DNA of 64,000 bases, taken from positions 3,174-67,173 of the forward strand of contig JAUYMR010000042.1 in the NCBI GenBank assembly GCA_030698695.1, read 5' to 3'. The notes below the pieces were generated by a model, which did no database searches, was not told the origin of the DNA, and worked only from the letters and a program-made list of their open reading frames with translations. Source of the stretch: a bacterium (GTDB lineage: Bacteria; Patescibacteriota; Minisyncoccia; UBA6257; WO2-44-18). This document shows, piece by piece, positions 20,191 to 32,099 of the stretch. A program made the position numbers and the translations under genes. The number at the start of each line of letters is the position of its first letter. Within the stretch, counting starts at the first letter, position 1.

Positions 20191-21510
20191 ATGATTCCGC
20201 GGGCTCGCCATAATATGAATATAGCCATTCTTGGTTTCGCGCGAGAAGGAAGATCTCTATTAAAATTTCTAAAAAAAGCCCCTAAATTCAAGGGAGCTAA
20301 AATTACTATTTTAGATAAAAAGCTTAATAAAAATTATCTCCATCGTCTTGATAGATTTGACTTGCTCTTTCGCTCACCGGGCATCCCCTATAACTTGCCA
20401 GAAATTCAACAAGCTATTAAAGGGGGCCTTAAAATTTCCAGCGCCACTAAATTATTTTTTGATCTCTGTCCGGCTAAAGTTATCGGCGTTACCGGCACCA
20501 AGGGCAAGGGCACAACTTCCACGTTAATATATAAAATCCTTAAAGAGGCCGACAAAGACGTCTATCTAGCCGGCAATATCGGCAAACCGGCATTGAATAT
20601 CTTGCCCGAATTATCCAAAAAATCTTTGGTGATATTAGAACTATCTAGCTTTCAATTGCAGGATCTCAAAAAATCGCCAACTATTGCCATCGTATTAGAT
20701 ATCTTCCCCGATCATTTAGATTCTCATAAAAATATGCGAGAATATTTAGCCGCCAAAACTAATATTTGCGCCCACCAAACCAAAAAAGATGTTGTCTTTT
20801 ATTTCAAAAATAACCCACTATCTCAAAAAATGGCGCTCCATAGCCGCGGCCGTCACATTCCAATCTCCGCGCCCGACAACCTTTCAAAAAATAAAATAAT
20901 GGCCGCGACAGTAGCCGCCCATCTCAATTGTTCGCGCGCCACTATTGATAGAGTCATCAAAAATTTTCATGGCATGAAGCACCGCTTAGAACTTATTCGT
21001 AACATCAAAATCTCCAGAACCACTAAGCAACATTCTGGCATTCTTAATAATATGAGGGTGTTATTTTACGACGATTCGGCTAGTACTAATCCCCAAACCG
21101 CCGCCGTAGCCGTTCTATCTTTTGCGCCGAACAAATTAACCAATTCACCAACTAACCAACTAACCATTTTAATAGCCGGTGGCAAAGACAAAAATCTCAA
21201 TTATACTCCCCTAGCCAAGGCCATCAAAAAATCTGGTAACGTAAAACTAGTAATCCTTTTCGGCGAAAATAAAATTAAAATTAAAAAAACACTAGAGACT
21301 GGTGACCAGAAACCGAATATAAAACTAGCCAAAAATTTAAAATCCGCCGTTGATTTAGCTTATCAATCTGCCCGAAAACTAAGTAACCAACCAACTAATC
21401 AACTAATTAACATTATCCTCTCTTCCGGCGCCGCCAGTTTTGATATGTTCAAAGATTATGCCGATCGGGGCCAGCAATTCAAAAAGATTGTAAAAAAAAT
21501 AGCAAGATAG
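20191..21510 (+). CDS. murD: UDP-N-acetylmuramoyl-L-alanine--D-glutamate ligase
   Basis: Mur-ligase P-loop 'VIGVTGTKGKGTTSTLIYKIL', a MurD-like N-terminal Rossmann (NIAILGFAREGRS), and three-domain length. An alternative start lies at 20215. Confidence 0.8.
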   Translation: MIPRARHNMNIAILGFAREGRSLLKFLKKAPKFKGAKITILDKKLNKNYLHRLDRFDLLFRSPGIPYNLPEIQQAIKGGLKISSATKLFFDLCPAKVIGVTGTKGKGTTSTLIYKILKEADKDVYLAGNIGKPALNILPELSKKSLVILELSSFQLQDLKKSPTIAIVLDIFPDHLDSHKNMREYLAAKTNICAHQTKKDVVFYFKNNPLSQKMALHSRGRHIPISAPDNLSKNKIMAATVAAHLNCSRATIDRVIKNFHGMKHRLELIRNIKISRTTKQHSGILNNMRVLFYDDSASTNPQTAAVAVLSFAPNKLTNSPTNQLTILIAGGKDKNLNYTPLAKAIKKSGNVKLVILFGENKIKIKKTLETGDQKPNIKLAKNLKSAVDLAYQSARKLSNQPTNQLINIILSSGAASFDMFKDYADRGQQFKKIVKKIAR

Positions 21511-21526
21511 TATACTTTTTTTAGTT

Positions 21527-21601
21527 GCAGCCGTAGTGTAGCCCGGTTAACACGTCTCCCTGTCACGGAGAAGATCGCCGGTTCGAATCCGGTCGGCTGC
21601 G
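21527..21601 (+). tRNA. tRNA-Asp (GTC)
   Basis: GCAGCCGTAGTGTAGCCCGGTTAACACGTCTCCCTGTCACGGAGAAGATCGCCGGTTCGAATCCGGTCGGCTGCG, with anticodon loop CTGTCAC and discriminator G. Confidence 0.88.
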
Positions 21602-21674
21602 CATCAGATTTTTCAAGCAAGATAACGAGCTTTAAAAATCAATTCTCCGATCAAGCATCGGAACATCATATTTT

Positions 21675-23141
21675 CTAAGCCGATATTTTCTCATAATACT
21701 GACCTATCCCCAAAATATCTTTTTCTCGCCAATGTTTGCCAATGAGTTGAAAGCCCACTGGCAACCCCTCGCGACCTCGGACTGGAATAGAAATAGCCGG
21801 CAATCCGGCCATGTTGACTGGAATAGTAAAAATATCTGAAAGGTACATAGTTAAGGGATCAGCCGTTTTCTCTCCTAACTTAAATGCCGTAGTCGGTGAG
21901 ACTGGGGTTAAAATAACATCCACTTCCTTAAAGGCCTCGTCAAAATCTTTTTTGATAAGCGCCCTTACTTTTTGCGCCTTAGCATAATAGGCATCATAAT
22001 ATCCAGAAGATAAAACATAAGTCCCTAAAATAATTCTCCGCTTAACCTCTTGACCAAAACCATCACTGCGATTCTTTTTATAAAGATCCAACAAATTATC
22101 GGCCTTAGCATGGCCATCTTTTCGGCCATATCTAATACCATCAAAACGAGCCAAGTTGGCGCTAACTTCCGCGGGCATAATTATGTAATAGCAAGAAAGC
22201 GCGTATTTTGTGTGAGGTAATTTGATTGTTTTAAAATTAATCCTCAAGCTTTTTATTTTCTCTATAGCGCCCTCTACGGCTTTAACAACTTCCGAATCCG
22301 CGCCAGCGGTAAAATATTCTTCCGGCAATCCAATGGTCAAATTTTTAATATCTTCCAATTCGGGATTGAACAAGGTATTGCCATAGCCACCTTCCGGGTC
22401 AGCGCTGGTAGCGTCAAATTGATCTCGGCCGGCTATGGCCTGAAATAAAATAGCCACATCTTCAACGGTTTTAGCAAACGGACCAATCTGATCTAAACTA
22501 GATGCCATAGCTGTCGCCCCATATCTAGAAACAGCTCCATAAGTCGGCTTAAGACCCACCACCCCGCATAAACTAGCGGGCTGACGAATAGAGCCGCCCG
22601 TATCTGTGCCTAGAGCGCCTAAGGCCATATGAGCAGAGACAGCGGCCGCTGATCCGCCAGAAGATCCTCCCGGAACTCTCTCTAAATCATGCGGATTCCG
22701 AGTTAATTTAAAAGCCGATGTTTCCGTGGAAGACCCCATAGCAAACTCATCCATATTGGTTTTACCCAGAAAAACCGCGTCAACCCCTTTAAGTTTTCTA
22801 ATAACAGTCGCGTCGTAAGGGGCGCGATAATCTTCCAATATTTTAGAAGCGCAAGTCATAGGTTGACCAGACACTAAAAGATTGTCCTTAATAGCTAATG
22901 GCGCGCCGGCTAACATGCCCACTGGTTCATCTCCGGCTATTTTAAGATCAACCCGCTCGGCTTGCCTATAAGCTTCATCTTTAGCCAGCGATAGATAGGC
23001 ATTAATCTCCCGATCTTTGGAATCTATATATTCAAAAAATTTCTGCGCCACTTCCAAAGCGGTATACTCTTTTTTGAGTAATCCTTCGTGAAGCTTTTTA
23101 ATTGTAAGATCATGTAATGAATGCATATTATTCTCCGCCAA
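21675..23141 (-). CDS. gatA: Asp/Glu-tRNA amidotransferase subunit A
   Basis: Amidase signature (GGSSGGSAAAV, ..GTDTGGSIRQPA..) in 488 aa, overlapping gatC by 14 nt. Confidence 0.92.
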   Translation of the reverse strand: MAENNMHSLHDLTIKKLHEGLLKKEYTALEVAQKFFEYIDSKDREINAYLSLAKDEAYRQAERVDLKIAGDEPVGMLAGAPLAIKDNLLVSGQPMTCASKILEDYRAPYDATVIRKLKGVDAVFLGKTNMDEFAMGSSTETSAFKLTRNPHDLERVPGGSSGGSAAAVSAHMALGALGTDTGGSIRQPASLCGVVGLKPTYGAVSRYGATAMASSLDQIGPFAKTVEDVAILFQAIAGRDQFDATSADPEGGYGNTLFNPELEDIKNLTIGLPEEYFTAGADSEVVKAVEGAIEKIKSLRINFKTIKLPHTKYALSCYYIIMPAEVSANLARFDGIRYGRKDGHAKADNLLDLYKKNRSDGFGQEVKRRIILGTYVLSSGYYDAYYAKAQKVRALIKKDFDEAFKEVDVILTPVSPTTAFKLGEKTADPLTMYLSDIFTIPVNMAGLPAISIPVRGREGLPVGFQLIGKHWREKDILGIGQYYEKISA

Positions 23142-23457
23142 GGGCGGATCTGTCTTCGGCGTAAAAAACTGGGGGCACTTTCAAAAACCCACCATCCTGT
23201 TCTGGAAATTGCTCTCTCAATTTATCAACATTCTCAAAATGTCCTTCGGTAAAAACCTCGTCTTCACGCGTCACGTTCTTCAGCATCGTACCTCCAGTCA
23301 TTGGCCGGACTTCGTCAGTGTTAACTTCCTGCAACTCTTTAAAGTGATTAAGAATGCTGGTTAGATCAGTTAAAAACTTTTCCTGCTCTTTTTCAGTCAA
23401 TTTTAACCTTGCCAATTCAGCCAAATGCTCAATAGATTTTTTGTTTATTTCAAACAT
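23128..23457 (-). CDS. gatC: Asp/Glu-tRNA amidotransferase subunit C
   Basis: A ~100-aa protein (..IEHLAELARLKLTEKEQEKF..DL..IL..) immediately upstream of, and overlapping, gatA. Confidence 0.8.
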   Translation of the reverse strand: MFEINKKSIEHLAELARLKLTEKEQEKFLTDLTSILNHFKELQEVNTDEVRPMTGGTMLKNVTREDEVFTEGHFENVDKLREQFPEQDGGFLKVPPVFYAEDRSALGGE

Positions 23458-23543
23458 ACAATTAATTCTATATTAAATAGAGATTCTATTCAAAATAAAA
23501 AACTCCCGCAATACTATTACACAGCGGGAGCAGTTGGCGGCCA

Positions 23544-23738
23544 CTAGATACCGATATAGCGAGCCACCGCAGAGGCGACGAACACCACTCCTATCAATAC
23601 AACATCAAAAAACATTTTCCATTTTGACGATTCGTCAAATACCGTCGGGAAAAAACGCCTCAAGAAAACCAGCATCAACAATATCATTCCAACAGTATAA
23701 AGAGCTCCTGACGTATCCATAGCCACATCCTTTCTCAA
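23544..23738 (-). CDS. small membrane protein (2 TM), hypothetical
   Basis: 64 aa with two hydrophobic helices, co-oriented between ligA and gatC. Confidence 0.3.
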   Translation of the reverse strand: MRKDVAMDTSGALYTVGMILLMLVFLRRFFPTVFDESSKWKMFFDVVLIGVVFVASAVARYIGI

Positions 23739-23802
23739 GGGGAGGGGCAGAGAAATAAAATAAACTTTTTAATTTGCTTACGACATCATAGCACAATCGA
23801 CA

Positions 23803-25917
<2,115 letters not shown>

Positions 25918-25985
25918 CTAACATAAAAAATACCGCGGTTATGGGGCGTTTTTGTGCTTCGTGGCGGCTTATTTATCTATAAATA

Positions 25986-26321
25986 CTAAAAGGTCGCTTC
26001 AAAGGCGCGAGCCACCTGACCGGATTCGCCCAACGACTGTATAGTGTCCGCATCTGGCAAATTCGTACTAAAACTCGCTTCATTATTCAGAACCATTGAA
26101 CTGCAATAATCGGTTGAATCGGCATCTTTAAATCTGCGATAAAACTGACATTCTAAACCACTGTCAGCCGCGAAAATGGCCTTAGCTGAATCAGCAACAT
26201 TGGTAGTTTGTCTTATCTGATAGAGCATCAATAATCCGGCTATGGCCGTAGCGCCCAAAATCGTGCCAGATAAAATCAGTACCGTAACCAACATAACTTG
26301 TCCTTTGGAATTATTATTCAT
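25986..26321 (-). CDS. hypothetical membrane-anchored protein at the edge of the pilus locus
   Basis: A single N-terminal TM helix after 'SKGQVMLVTVLIL'. There is no canonical prepilin G-F-T-L-I-E motif. Confidence 0.3.
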   Translation of the reverse strand: MNNNSKGQVMLVTVLILSGTILGATAIAGLLMLYQIRQTTNVADSAKAIFAADSGLECQFYRRFKDADSTDYCSSMVLNNEASFSTNLPDADTIQSLGESGQVARAFEATF

Positions 26322-26327
26322 AATATT

Positions 26328-26582
26328 TTATTGTCCCGGCAACGACGGTAATGAAAAGTCGGGCTGTAAATTGCCATATTGATAAAGCAATATGGCATAA
26401 ATCACGGCTGACCATACAAGAATAATAACCCCCTCTTTGCGATGTTCTCTTTCGCTAGCTAAAGCGATTCCATAAACAATGCCCGCTACAACATTAAAAA
26501 AACCTATAATTATGCCTATCCAGAACCATTTTTTATAAAGCTTAAAATTATCTTCCATGATGTAATTATAACACGCACTCAC
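26328..26582 (-). CDS. small membrane protein, hypothetical
   Basis: 84 aa with two TM helices, overlapping the next gene by 17 nt. Confidence 0.3.
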   Translation of the reverse strand: MSACYNYIMEDNFKLYKKWFWIGIIIGFFNVVAGIVYGIALASEREHRKEGVIILVWSAVIYAILLYQYGNLQPDFSLPSLPGQ

Positions 26583-27162
26583 GAGAGGTATCTAAAACTC
26601 TCGGACTTATAGTAGTTTGAATATCTGTGAAAAAATCTCGCAACTGAGCCAACGACGACCCCACTCTTAACGAGATGGTTATTTTAACTTGCTCAAAGTC
26701 CGTAGTAGATTCTCCCTTTAACAAAAATCTCAATCTTTCAACATCAACGTCATCGCTGGTAATGCGGCGAAATGACAGCGGATCTGGATCCGGCGGAGGG
26801 ATAAAATCAGATTCGCTACGCTCTATATATCCCGTTCTATCTCTAAGCAAATTCAATCTATAAACAACGTATTTTCTATTCGCATTAATAAAATTTAATT
26901 CACTATCAGAGGTGTCAAAACAAATGCCCGTTCGTATTTCACGAGCCATCTGCTCTAAAGTTAAACTCGCGTTATTGTTTACCGCTATCAAACTAACAAT
27001 AGTTCTTTGACTACGCAACGATTTGATAAAAATACCGCTAGTAATAGCTAGAACCGTCACAAACAAAGTCATGGCCACCAAAAGCTCAATCAAAGTAAAA
27101 CCGTCCCGGACGCGCGATATATAGCATCTTAAAATTGTTAATTTATGTAATAATTTTTTCAT
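26566..27162 (-). CDS. prepilin-type N-terminal cleavage/methylation-domain protein (minor pilin/pseudopilin)
   Basis: 'RDGFTLIELLVAMTLFV' is a class III signal peptide. Confidence 0.85.
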   Translation of the reverse strand: MKKLLHKLTILRCYISRVRDGFTLIELLVAMTLFVTVLAITSGIFIKSLRSQRTIVSLIAVNNNASLTLEQMAREIRTGICFDTSDSELNFINANRKYVVYRLNLLRDRTGYIERSESDFIPPPDPDPLSFRRITSDDVDVERLRFLLKGESTTDFEQVKITISLRVGSSLAQLRDFFTDIQTTISPRVLDTSRECVL

Positions 27163-27192
27163 CTCGCAACTATATATTTAACTTTAATCATA

Positions 27193-27720
27193 TTAACGCC
27201 AGTTGAAAAAATGATCCTCTAGATTAATCTCAAAATCGCCGCCGCCACGGGTAGTCCAATTAACAATTGAATTAACCCGCATTTCATCATTTGACCCATC
27301 TAAATGTCTATCAAATGGATAGCTGATGCGAATATATCTAGTAAACCGGGTATCATCTCCAGACGCATAACTATACACATCGCGGCCATCATCATATCTA
27401 AGCGGTGGTGGGTTGGCTGATAATAACGATATTGACCCATTGTAATTGACAAGATATAAGCCAGCGCTCAGACCCAAAGACCAATCATTATTATTGATAT
27501 AATTAGTATCAATTTTATTTTTAACAATCTCTATCCCCTCAGATGCCAAATAAGTCGCTATATAACGATCACTTAATACCCTATTCAAGCTTTGAGATTC
27601 TGAAAGCAATGTAAAAATACCCAAAAGACCTATCACGATGATGCTGATAGCAATCATCGATTCAATCAACAACTCGCCTTTTTGCGAATTGTCTAATTTG
27701 ATATATATTTTTTTAAACAT
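27193..27720 (-). CDS. pilin-like protein with a degenerate class III signal
   Basis: 'QKGELLIESMIAISIIVIGLLG' has a G-x-x-x-x-E arrangement like prepilins, but F is replaced. Confidence 0.5.
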   Translation of the reverse strand: MFKKIYIKLDNSQKGELLIESMIAISIIVIGLLGIFTLLSESQSLNRVLSDRYIATYLASEGIEIVKNKIDTNYINNNDWSLGLSAGLYLVNYNGSISLLSANPPPLRYDDGRDVYSYASGDDTRFTRYIRISYPFDRHLDGSNDEMRVNSIVNWTTRGGGDFEINLEDHFFNWR

Positions 27721-27726
27721 ATAATT

Positions 27727-28248
27727 TTATCTGGATGAAACCTGACCGGCACTATTAACAACAACAACCACCGAAGATTGTTCGCCGGCTATATTCGTTG
27801 AGAGTGTGATGGTGGTTTCGGACGCATTGGGGGTCAGGGTAGTTTTCGGGTCTGGCGGCGTAAAGAAAATATCAGTTACATTGGGGTTGCTACTCAACTC
27901 AATATCTACAGCATACAGATTTGTTTTCTCTTCCAGCTCCTCTCCAACATCAAACTTCTTATTACTAGCTCTTAAGCTACAATCTCCATTAATTTTAGAA
28001 TCTTTAAAGAGTTGATAATATTTAGGCACTATATGCACACCGTAACCACAAGCGGCGCCATCAACTCTAAAAGTTTGGATGCTCAAAGATTTAGCCCTTA
28101 AAATAGTATTGACTAATTTAGCCTGCTCTCTAAGCAGGGTTAATTGTTTCTCACTATCGCGGCTGTACAACAACAACATTGAAGTCAACAGCGCCAGAAT
28201 ACCGATGACAACCAACAGCTCTATTACAGTAAAACCTCTTTGCTTCAT
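27727..28248 (-). CDS. prepilin-type N-terminal cleavage/methylation-domain protein (minor pilin)
   Basis: 'KQRGFTVIELLVVIGILALL'. Confidence 0.85.
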   Translation of the reverse strand: MKQRGFTVIELLVVIGILALLTSMLLLYSRDSEKQLTLLREQAKLVNTILRAKSLSIQTFRVDGAACGYGVHIVPKYYQLFKDSKINGDCSLRASNKKFDVGEELEEKTNLYAVDIELSSNPNVTDIFFTPPDPKTTLTPNASETTITLSTNIAGEQSSVVVVVNSAGQVSSR

Positions 28249-29009
28249 AATCTAATAATAGCAAAAATACGCGGTCCGAAAAACAAAGCAATCAAAGTTC
28301 CGATTACTAAAAATGGCCCAAACGGTATGGCGTCTTTCATTTTTTTTATATTTGCGGCCATAAGAATAATCCCCCAGACCCCGCCCGCGATAAAAGCCGT
28401 CATAAAAGCCACCAAAATCTGTGGCCAACCCAATAATAACCCCATAGCGCCGGCCAATTTAACATCGCCCATTCCCATAGCTCTACCTTTGCTGAAAAAT
28501 GCCAGACTACCGAAAAATAACAATCCGCCTAAAGCCGATAAAATATGACCCCAATAAGCGCCGCTTAATATGATAATTATCGCGCCCAGAATAGCTAAAA
28601 AAATATTTAGGCCATCCGGCAAAATAGATAATCTCGCGTCAATAGAAGCCATTAAAATCAATGTCAATGATGCCAAGACTAAGACTAAAAACTGCCACCA
28701 TGTCACAAAATTGAATATATAAATATAAAGCGACGCGAAAACTAGACCCGTCATAAACTCAACAATTGGATAACGCCAAGAAATTTTATAACTACATTGG
28801 CGACATTTTCTATTTTGAATAAAAAAACTTACCAATGGGATAAGTTCATACCAACTAAGCATTTTGCTACAGTTGGGGCATTTAGATCTGCCGCCGAAAT
28901 AGTAACTAGGATAACGTTCGGCAACCACATTTATAAAACTACCCATCACTAAACCGAAAATAAAAATTATTAAAATGTTTATTATCATTATCTGCTGTTC
29001 ATTATACAA
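28245..29009 (-). CDS. pilD: prepilin peptidase (A24 family)
   Basis: An N-terminal tetra-Cys (CPNCSKML..CRQCSYKI), polytopic membrane topology and the catalytic Asp region (..GMGDVKLAG..). Confidence 0.88.
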   Translation of the reverse strand: MYNEQQIMIINILIIFIFGLVMGSFINVVAERYPSYYFGGRSKCPNCSKMLSWYELIPLVSFFIQNRKCRQCSYKISWRYPIVEFMTGLVFASLYIYIFNFVTWWQFLVLVLASLTLILMASIDARLSILPDGLNIFLAILGAIIIILSGAYWGHILSALGGLLFFGSLAFFSKGRAMGMGDVKLAGAMGLLLGWPQILVAFMTAFIAGGVWGIILMAANIKKMKDAIPFGPFLVIGTLIALFFGPRIFAIIRL

Positions 29010-29065
29010 ACTTGGGGAGGCGGTTGCCTCCCCAAGCCGATTTATTCTAACTAAATATTGTCAGT

Positions 29066-29578
29066 CTATAAAGTAACACAATATTTATCAGTCGGAGTCT
29101 CAACAGTACTGCAAAGCGAACTAGGACTGCTTTGCCCATTGTTGGGCACCGTCATCGGAGAGGCAACCCCAGGACCACAAGCATCTTCAAATGCCCTATT
29201 CGGAGTTTGCTTAAGAGCAGAATTATTGCCGTCCTCCAGTATCGCTCCTAACACATAACGAGAGCCATTTTCGCTACAATATCCATAATGACGGGGGTTG
29301 GTTGGACTATTAACGGGATCGTCTGGTACCTGATTAATTCCGATAGTCGCATTAATCAATACATTAGCCAAATCATCCCAATTGTTGGAAGACGGATAAA
29401 CGCCCTCCTTAGCAAAGTACAACTCAAGAGCGTTCTGTACTTGCTTAAGATCGCTGATACGACGCGCATCGCGACTCTTACCTCTAAAGCCGCCCAAACC
29501 GACCAAAACAATGGAAGCTAAGATACCGATAATAGCTATAACGATAACTAATTCTATTAAAGTAAAGCCTTTCTTCAT
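29066..29578 (-). CDS. pilA: type IV pilin (major pilin candidate)
   Basis: 'MKKGFTLIELVIVIAIIGILASIVL' is a canonical class III leader plus alpha1 helix, with a Cys pair near the C-terminus. Confidence 0.88.
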   Translation of the reverse strand: MKKGFTLIELVIVIAIIGILASIVLVGLGGFRGKSRDARRISDLKQVQNALELYFAKEGVYPSSNNWDDLANVLINATIGINQVPDDPVNSPTNPRHYGYCSENGSRYVLGAILEDGNNSALKQTPNRAFEDACGPGVASPMTVPNNGQSSPSSLCSTVETPTDKYCVTL

Positions 29579-29720
29579 ATATGTTTACAGATGGACACAG
29601 ATTGAGAGCTGATCGGCACGGATCACAGATCGGTGCCTATCCGCATATTATCAGCGTCTATCCGTAATATCTTTTCTCGACCTTTCCGGATTAATTATTG
29701 CTTATTATTAATTATACCAA

Positions 29721-30929
29721 TTAAAACGATTGTATCAAATTATAAATAGGCAATAGCACCGAGGCAAACAATACACCCACCAAAACTCCCATAACAACCA
29801 TTAGGGTGGGCTGGATCAATTCCACTAGATTAGCTACTAAATCATTAACCTCTCGGGTATAAAATATAGCCACGCGATCCAGCATCTCATCCAATTTACC
29901 AGTCTTTTCACCTACGGCCACCATCTGCCCTACCAAAACAGGAAAATATTTCTCGTTAGTCTCAATTGCTTCCGAAACCAATCTTCCACTACGAACTTTT
30001 TCGGCCAAATCATGTATCACCTCGCGATAAATAACGTTATCAATAGTATGTCCGCTAATCTCAATTGCTTGAGCAACCGGAATACCTCCCTTTATCAAAA
30101 TAGACAACCCTTCCGAAAATCTGCTTATGTAGACTTTTTTAAATAGATCTCCAAAAACAGGAGCTCTAATAATCAACTGCCCATAAACCATGCGCCCCTC
30201 TTGGCTGCGCAAATAATCAGCAACAATTACCAGCAAAATAGCGACCGCGATAATAACACCCAACCACCAAGCAGCGATAAAATTACCGACATCTAAAAGA
30301 ATTTGAGTGAAAAATGGCAATTGCACATTGGATTCCGCGAAAATCGGACTTAACTGCGGAAAAACTACCCCGACTAAAATACCGGCCACCACCAAAAATA
30401 ATCCCAAAACAAAAGCTGGATAAATTAAAGCGTTGCGAACCTTGGCTATAAGAGCCATTTCTTTTTCTAAATAATCTGCCAAAAATTCCATCACTTCATC
30501 TATGCGCCCCGTAACCTCTGCCGATCTAACTAAATTTATATAAAATTCTGAGAAGATGGCGCTATGTTTTTCCAGGGCCTGCGATAACGACAATCCAGCA
30601 TCAACATCAGACCACATTTCAAAAATTGCCTCTTTCAAAGTCGGATTTTTAGACTGTAAATACAATCCTTTTAGCGCTTCATCTAACGGCAAATCTGCTT
30701 TAAGCATCGCGGAAAATTGGCGCGTGAAAATCACCAAATCCACCCTTTTGGCGCGTTGCATAAAATTAAGCATTGAGGCGTAGAACTTGGGCACTCTTAC
30801 TTCGGCTAAACTTAAAATATACAGGCTGTGTCCCTGTAAAATATCTAGAGCAGTATTACGATTAATTGCCTCAACGTAACCCGCTTGCAACTCCCCCTCT
30901 TTAGTTCTGGCCTTATATTTAAACTTCAT
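29721..30929 (-). CDS. pilC: type IV pilus platform protein PilC (GspF family)
   Basis: 402 aa with a duplicated T2SSF domain and three TM helices. Confidence 0.88.
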   Translation of the reverse strand: MKFKYKARTKEGELQAGYVEAINRNTALDILQGHSLYILSLAEVRVPKFYASMLNFMQRAKRVDLVIFTRQFSAMLKADLPLDEALKGLYLQSKNPTLKEAIFEMWSDVDAGLSLSQALEKHSAIFSEFYINLVRSAEVTGRIDEVMEFLADYLEKEMALIAKVRNALIYPAFVLGLFLVVAGILVGVVFPQLSPIFAESNVQLPFFTQILLDVGNFIAAWWLGVIIAVAILLVIVADYLRSQEGRMVYGQLIIRAPVFGDLFKKVYISRFSEGLSILIKGGIPVAQAIEISGHTIDNVIYREVIHDLAEKVRSGRLVSEAIETNEKYFPVLVGQMVAVGEKTGKLDEMLDRVAIFYTREVNDLVANLVELIQPTLMVVMGVLVGVLFASVLLPIYNLIQSF

Positions 30930-30966
30930 CGTAGGGCATTCACTAATAATGCGTTCGCGATTACTC

Positions 30967-32037
30967 CTATCTTTCTAATAATACTTTTAACTCTGATGGA
31001 TTTAAAGAATATAATTCCGCGTTTTCCAAAGAAATCATTTTTCTTTTGACTAAATCAACCAGTGAACGATTTAGACTAACCATACCTTCTTGTGAGCTAG
31101 TTTCAATCACTAAATCAATCTGATGAACTTTTCTTTCTCTTATTAAATTTCTAATAGCGGAGTTCATAATCATAACTTCGCAAGCCGGCACGCGACCACC
31201 TCCGATTTTAGGTATTAACCTTTCAGAGACAATAGCCACCAAAGTAGATGCTAGCTGTGAAGCGGCTTGGTTTTGTTGTTCAGCGGGAAAACTATCAATA
31301 ATACGATCAATGGTCTGCGCGGCTGAATTGGTATGCAGAGTAGAAAATACCAAGTGGCCGGTTTCGGCGGCAGTCATAGCGGCGGCTACGGATTCATGCC
31401 CACGCATTTCACCAACCATAATAACATCGGGGTCTTGACGCAAAACAGATGTCAAAGCTTTGTTAAAACTTAGCGCGTCTATTTTAATTTCTCGTTGTGA
31501 AACAATGGATTTATCTTGAGTAAATAAATATTCTATGGGATCCTCAACGGTTATTATATGATCCAGACGAGTATGATTAATCTCATCAACCATCGCGGCA
31601 GATGTCGTTGATTTGCCGTGACCAGCCGGACCGACTATCAACACAAAACCTTGAGCTAACTTAGTAAAATCGTGAAGTATGGGCGGCAAATTAAGATCGT
31701 CTAAAGTCGGCGGTTTGGCTCTCACTAATCTCATGGCGGCGGCCAAAAAACCTCGTTGATGGAAAACATTAACCCTAAAACGCGCCTTGTTATCAAAAGA
31801 GTAAGAAAAATCTATCTCTTTGTCTCGCAATACCTCGTCTTTTTGGTCTGATGTTAACAAAGCCGTAATCAAGCCCTCCACTGCTTCTGGTGTTAATACC
31901 ACCTCTTCATTCAGTGGGATTAAAGACCCGTCAATTCTTAAAGTTGGCTTAGTGCCTACTCCCAAATGCAAATCCGACGCGCCACGACTAGCGGCCGCCA
32001 ACAACAGTTCATTAAGTTTTTGCTGGTAGTTATTCAT
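30967..32037 (-). CDS. pilT: twitching-motility/retraction ATPase PilT
   Basis: Walker A 'GPAGHGKSTT', Asp box, His box and the PilT size of 356 aa. Confidence 0.85.
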   Translation of the reverse strand: MNNYQQKLNELLLAAASRGASDLHLGVGTKPTLRIDGSLIPLNEEVVLTPEAVEGLITALLTSDQKDEVLRDKEIDFSYSFDNKARFRVNVFHQRGFLAAAMRLVRAKPPTLDDLNLPPILHDFTKLAQGFVLIVGPAGHGKSTTSAAMVDEINHTRLDHIITVEDPIEYLFTQDKSIVSQREIKIDALSFNKALTSVLRQDPDVIMVGEMRGHESVAAAMTAAETGHLVFSTLHTNSAAQTIDRIIDSFPAEQQNQAASQLASTLVAIVSERLIPKIGGGRVPACEVMIMNSAIRNLIRERKVHQIDLVIETSSQEGMVSLNRSLVDLVKRKMISLENAELYSLNPSELKVLLER

Positions 32038-32099
32038 AGAGTTTAGGGATTAGGAATTTTTAAACTATACCTCAAACTCCGCACCCTATTATTATTGTA

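Noticed and set aside
29579-29720. Sigma54 promoter (TGGCAC-N5-TTGCA) upstream of the pilin gene
   Set aside because: GGCAC occurs, but no properly spaced TTGC element was found.
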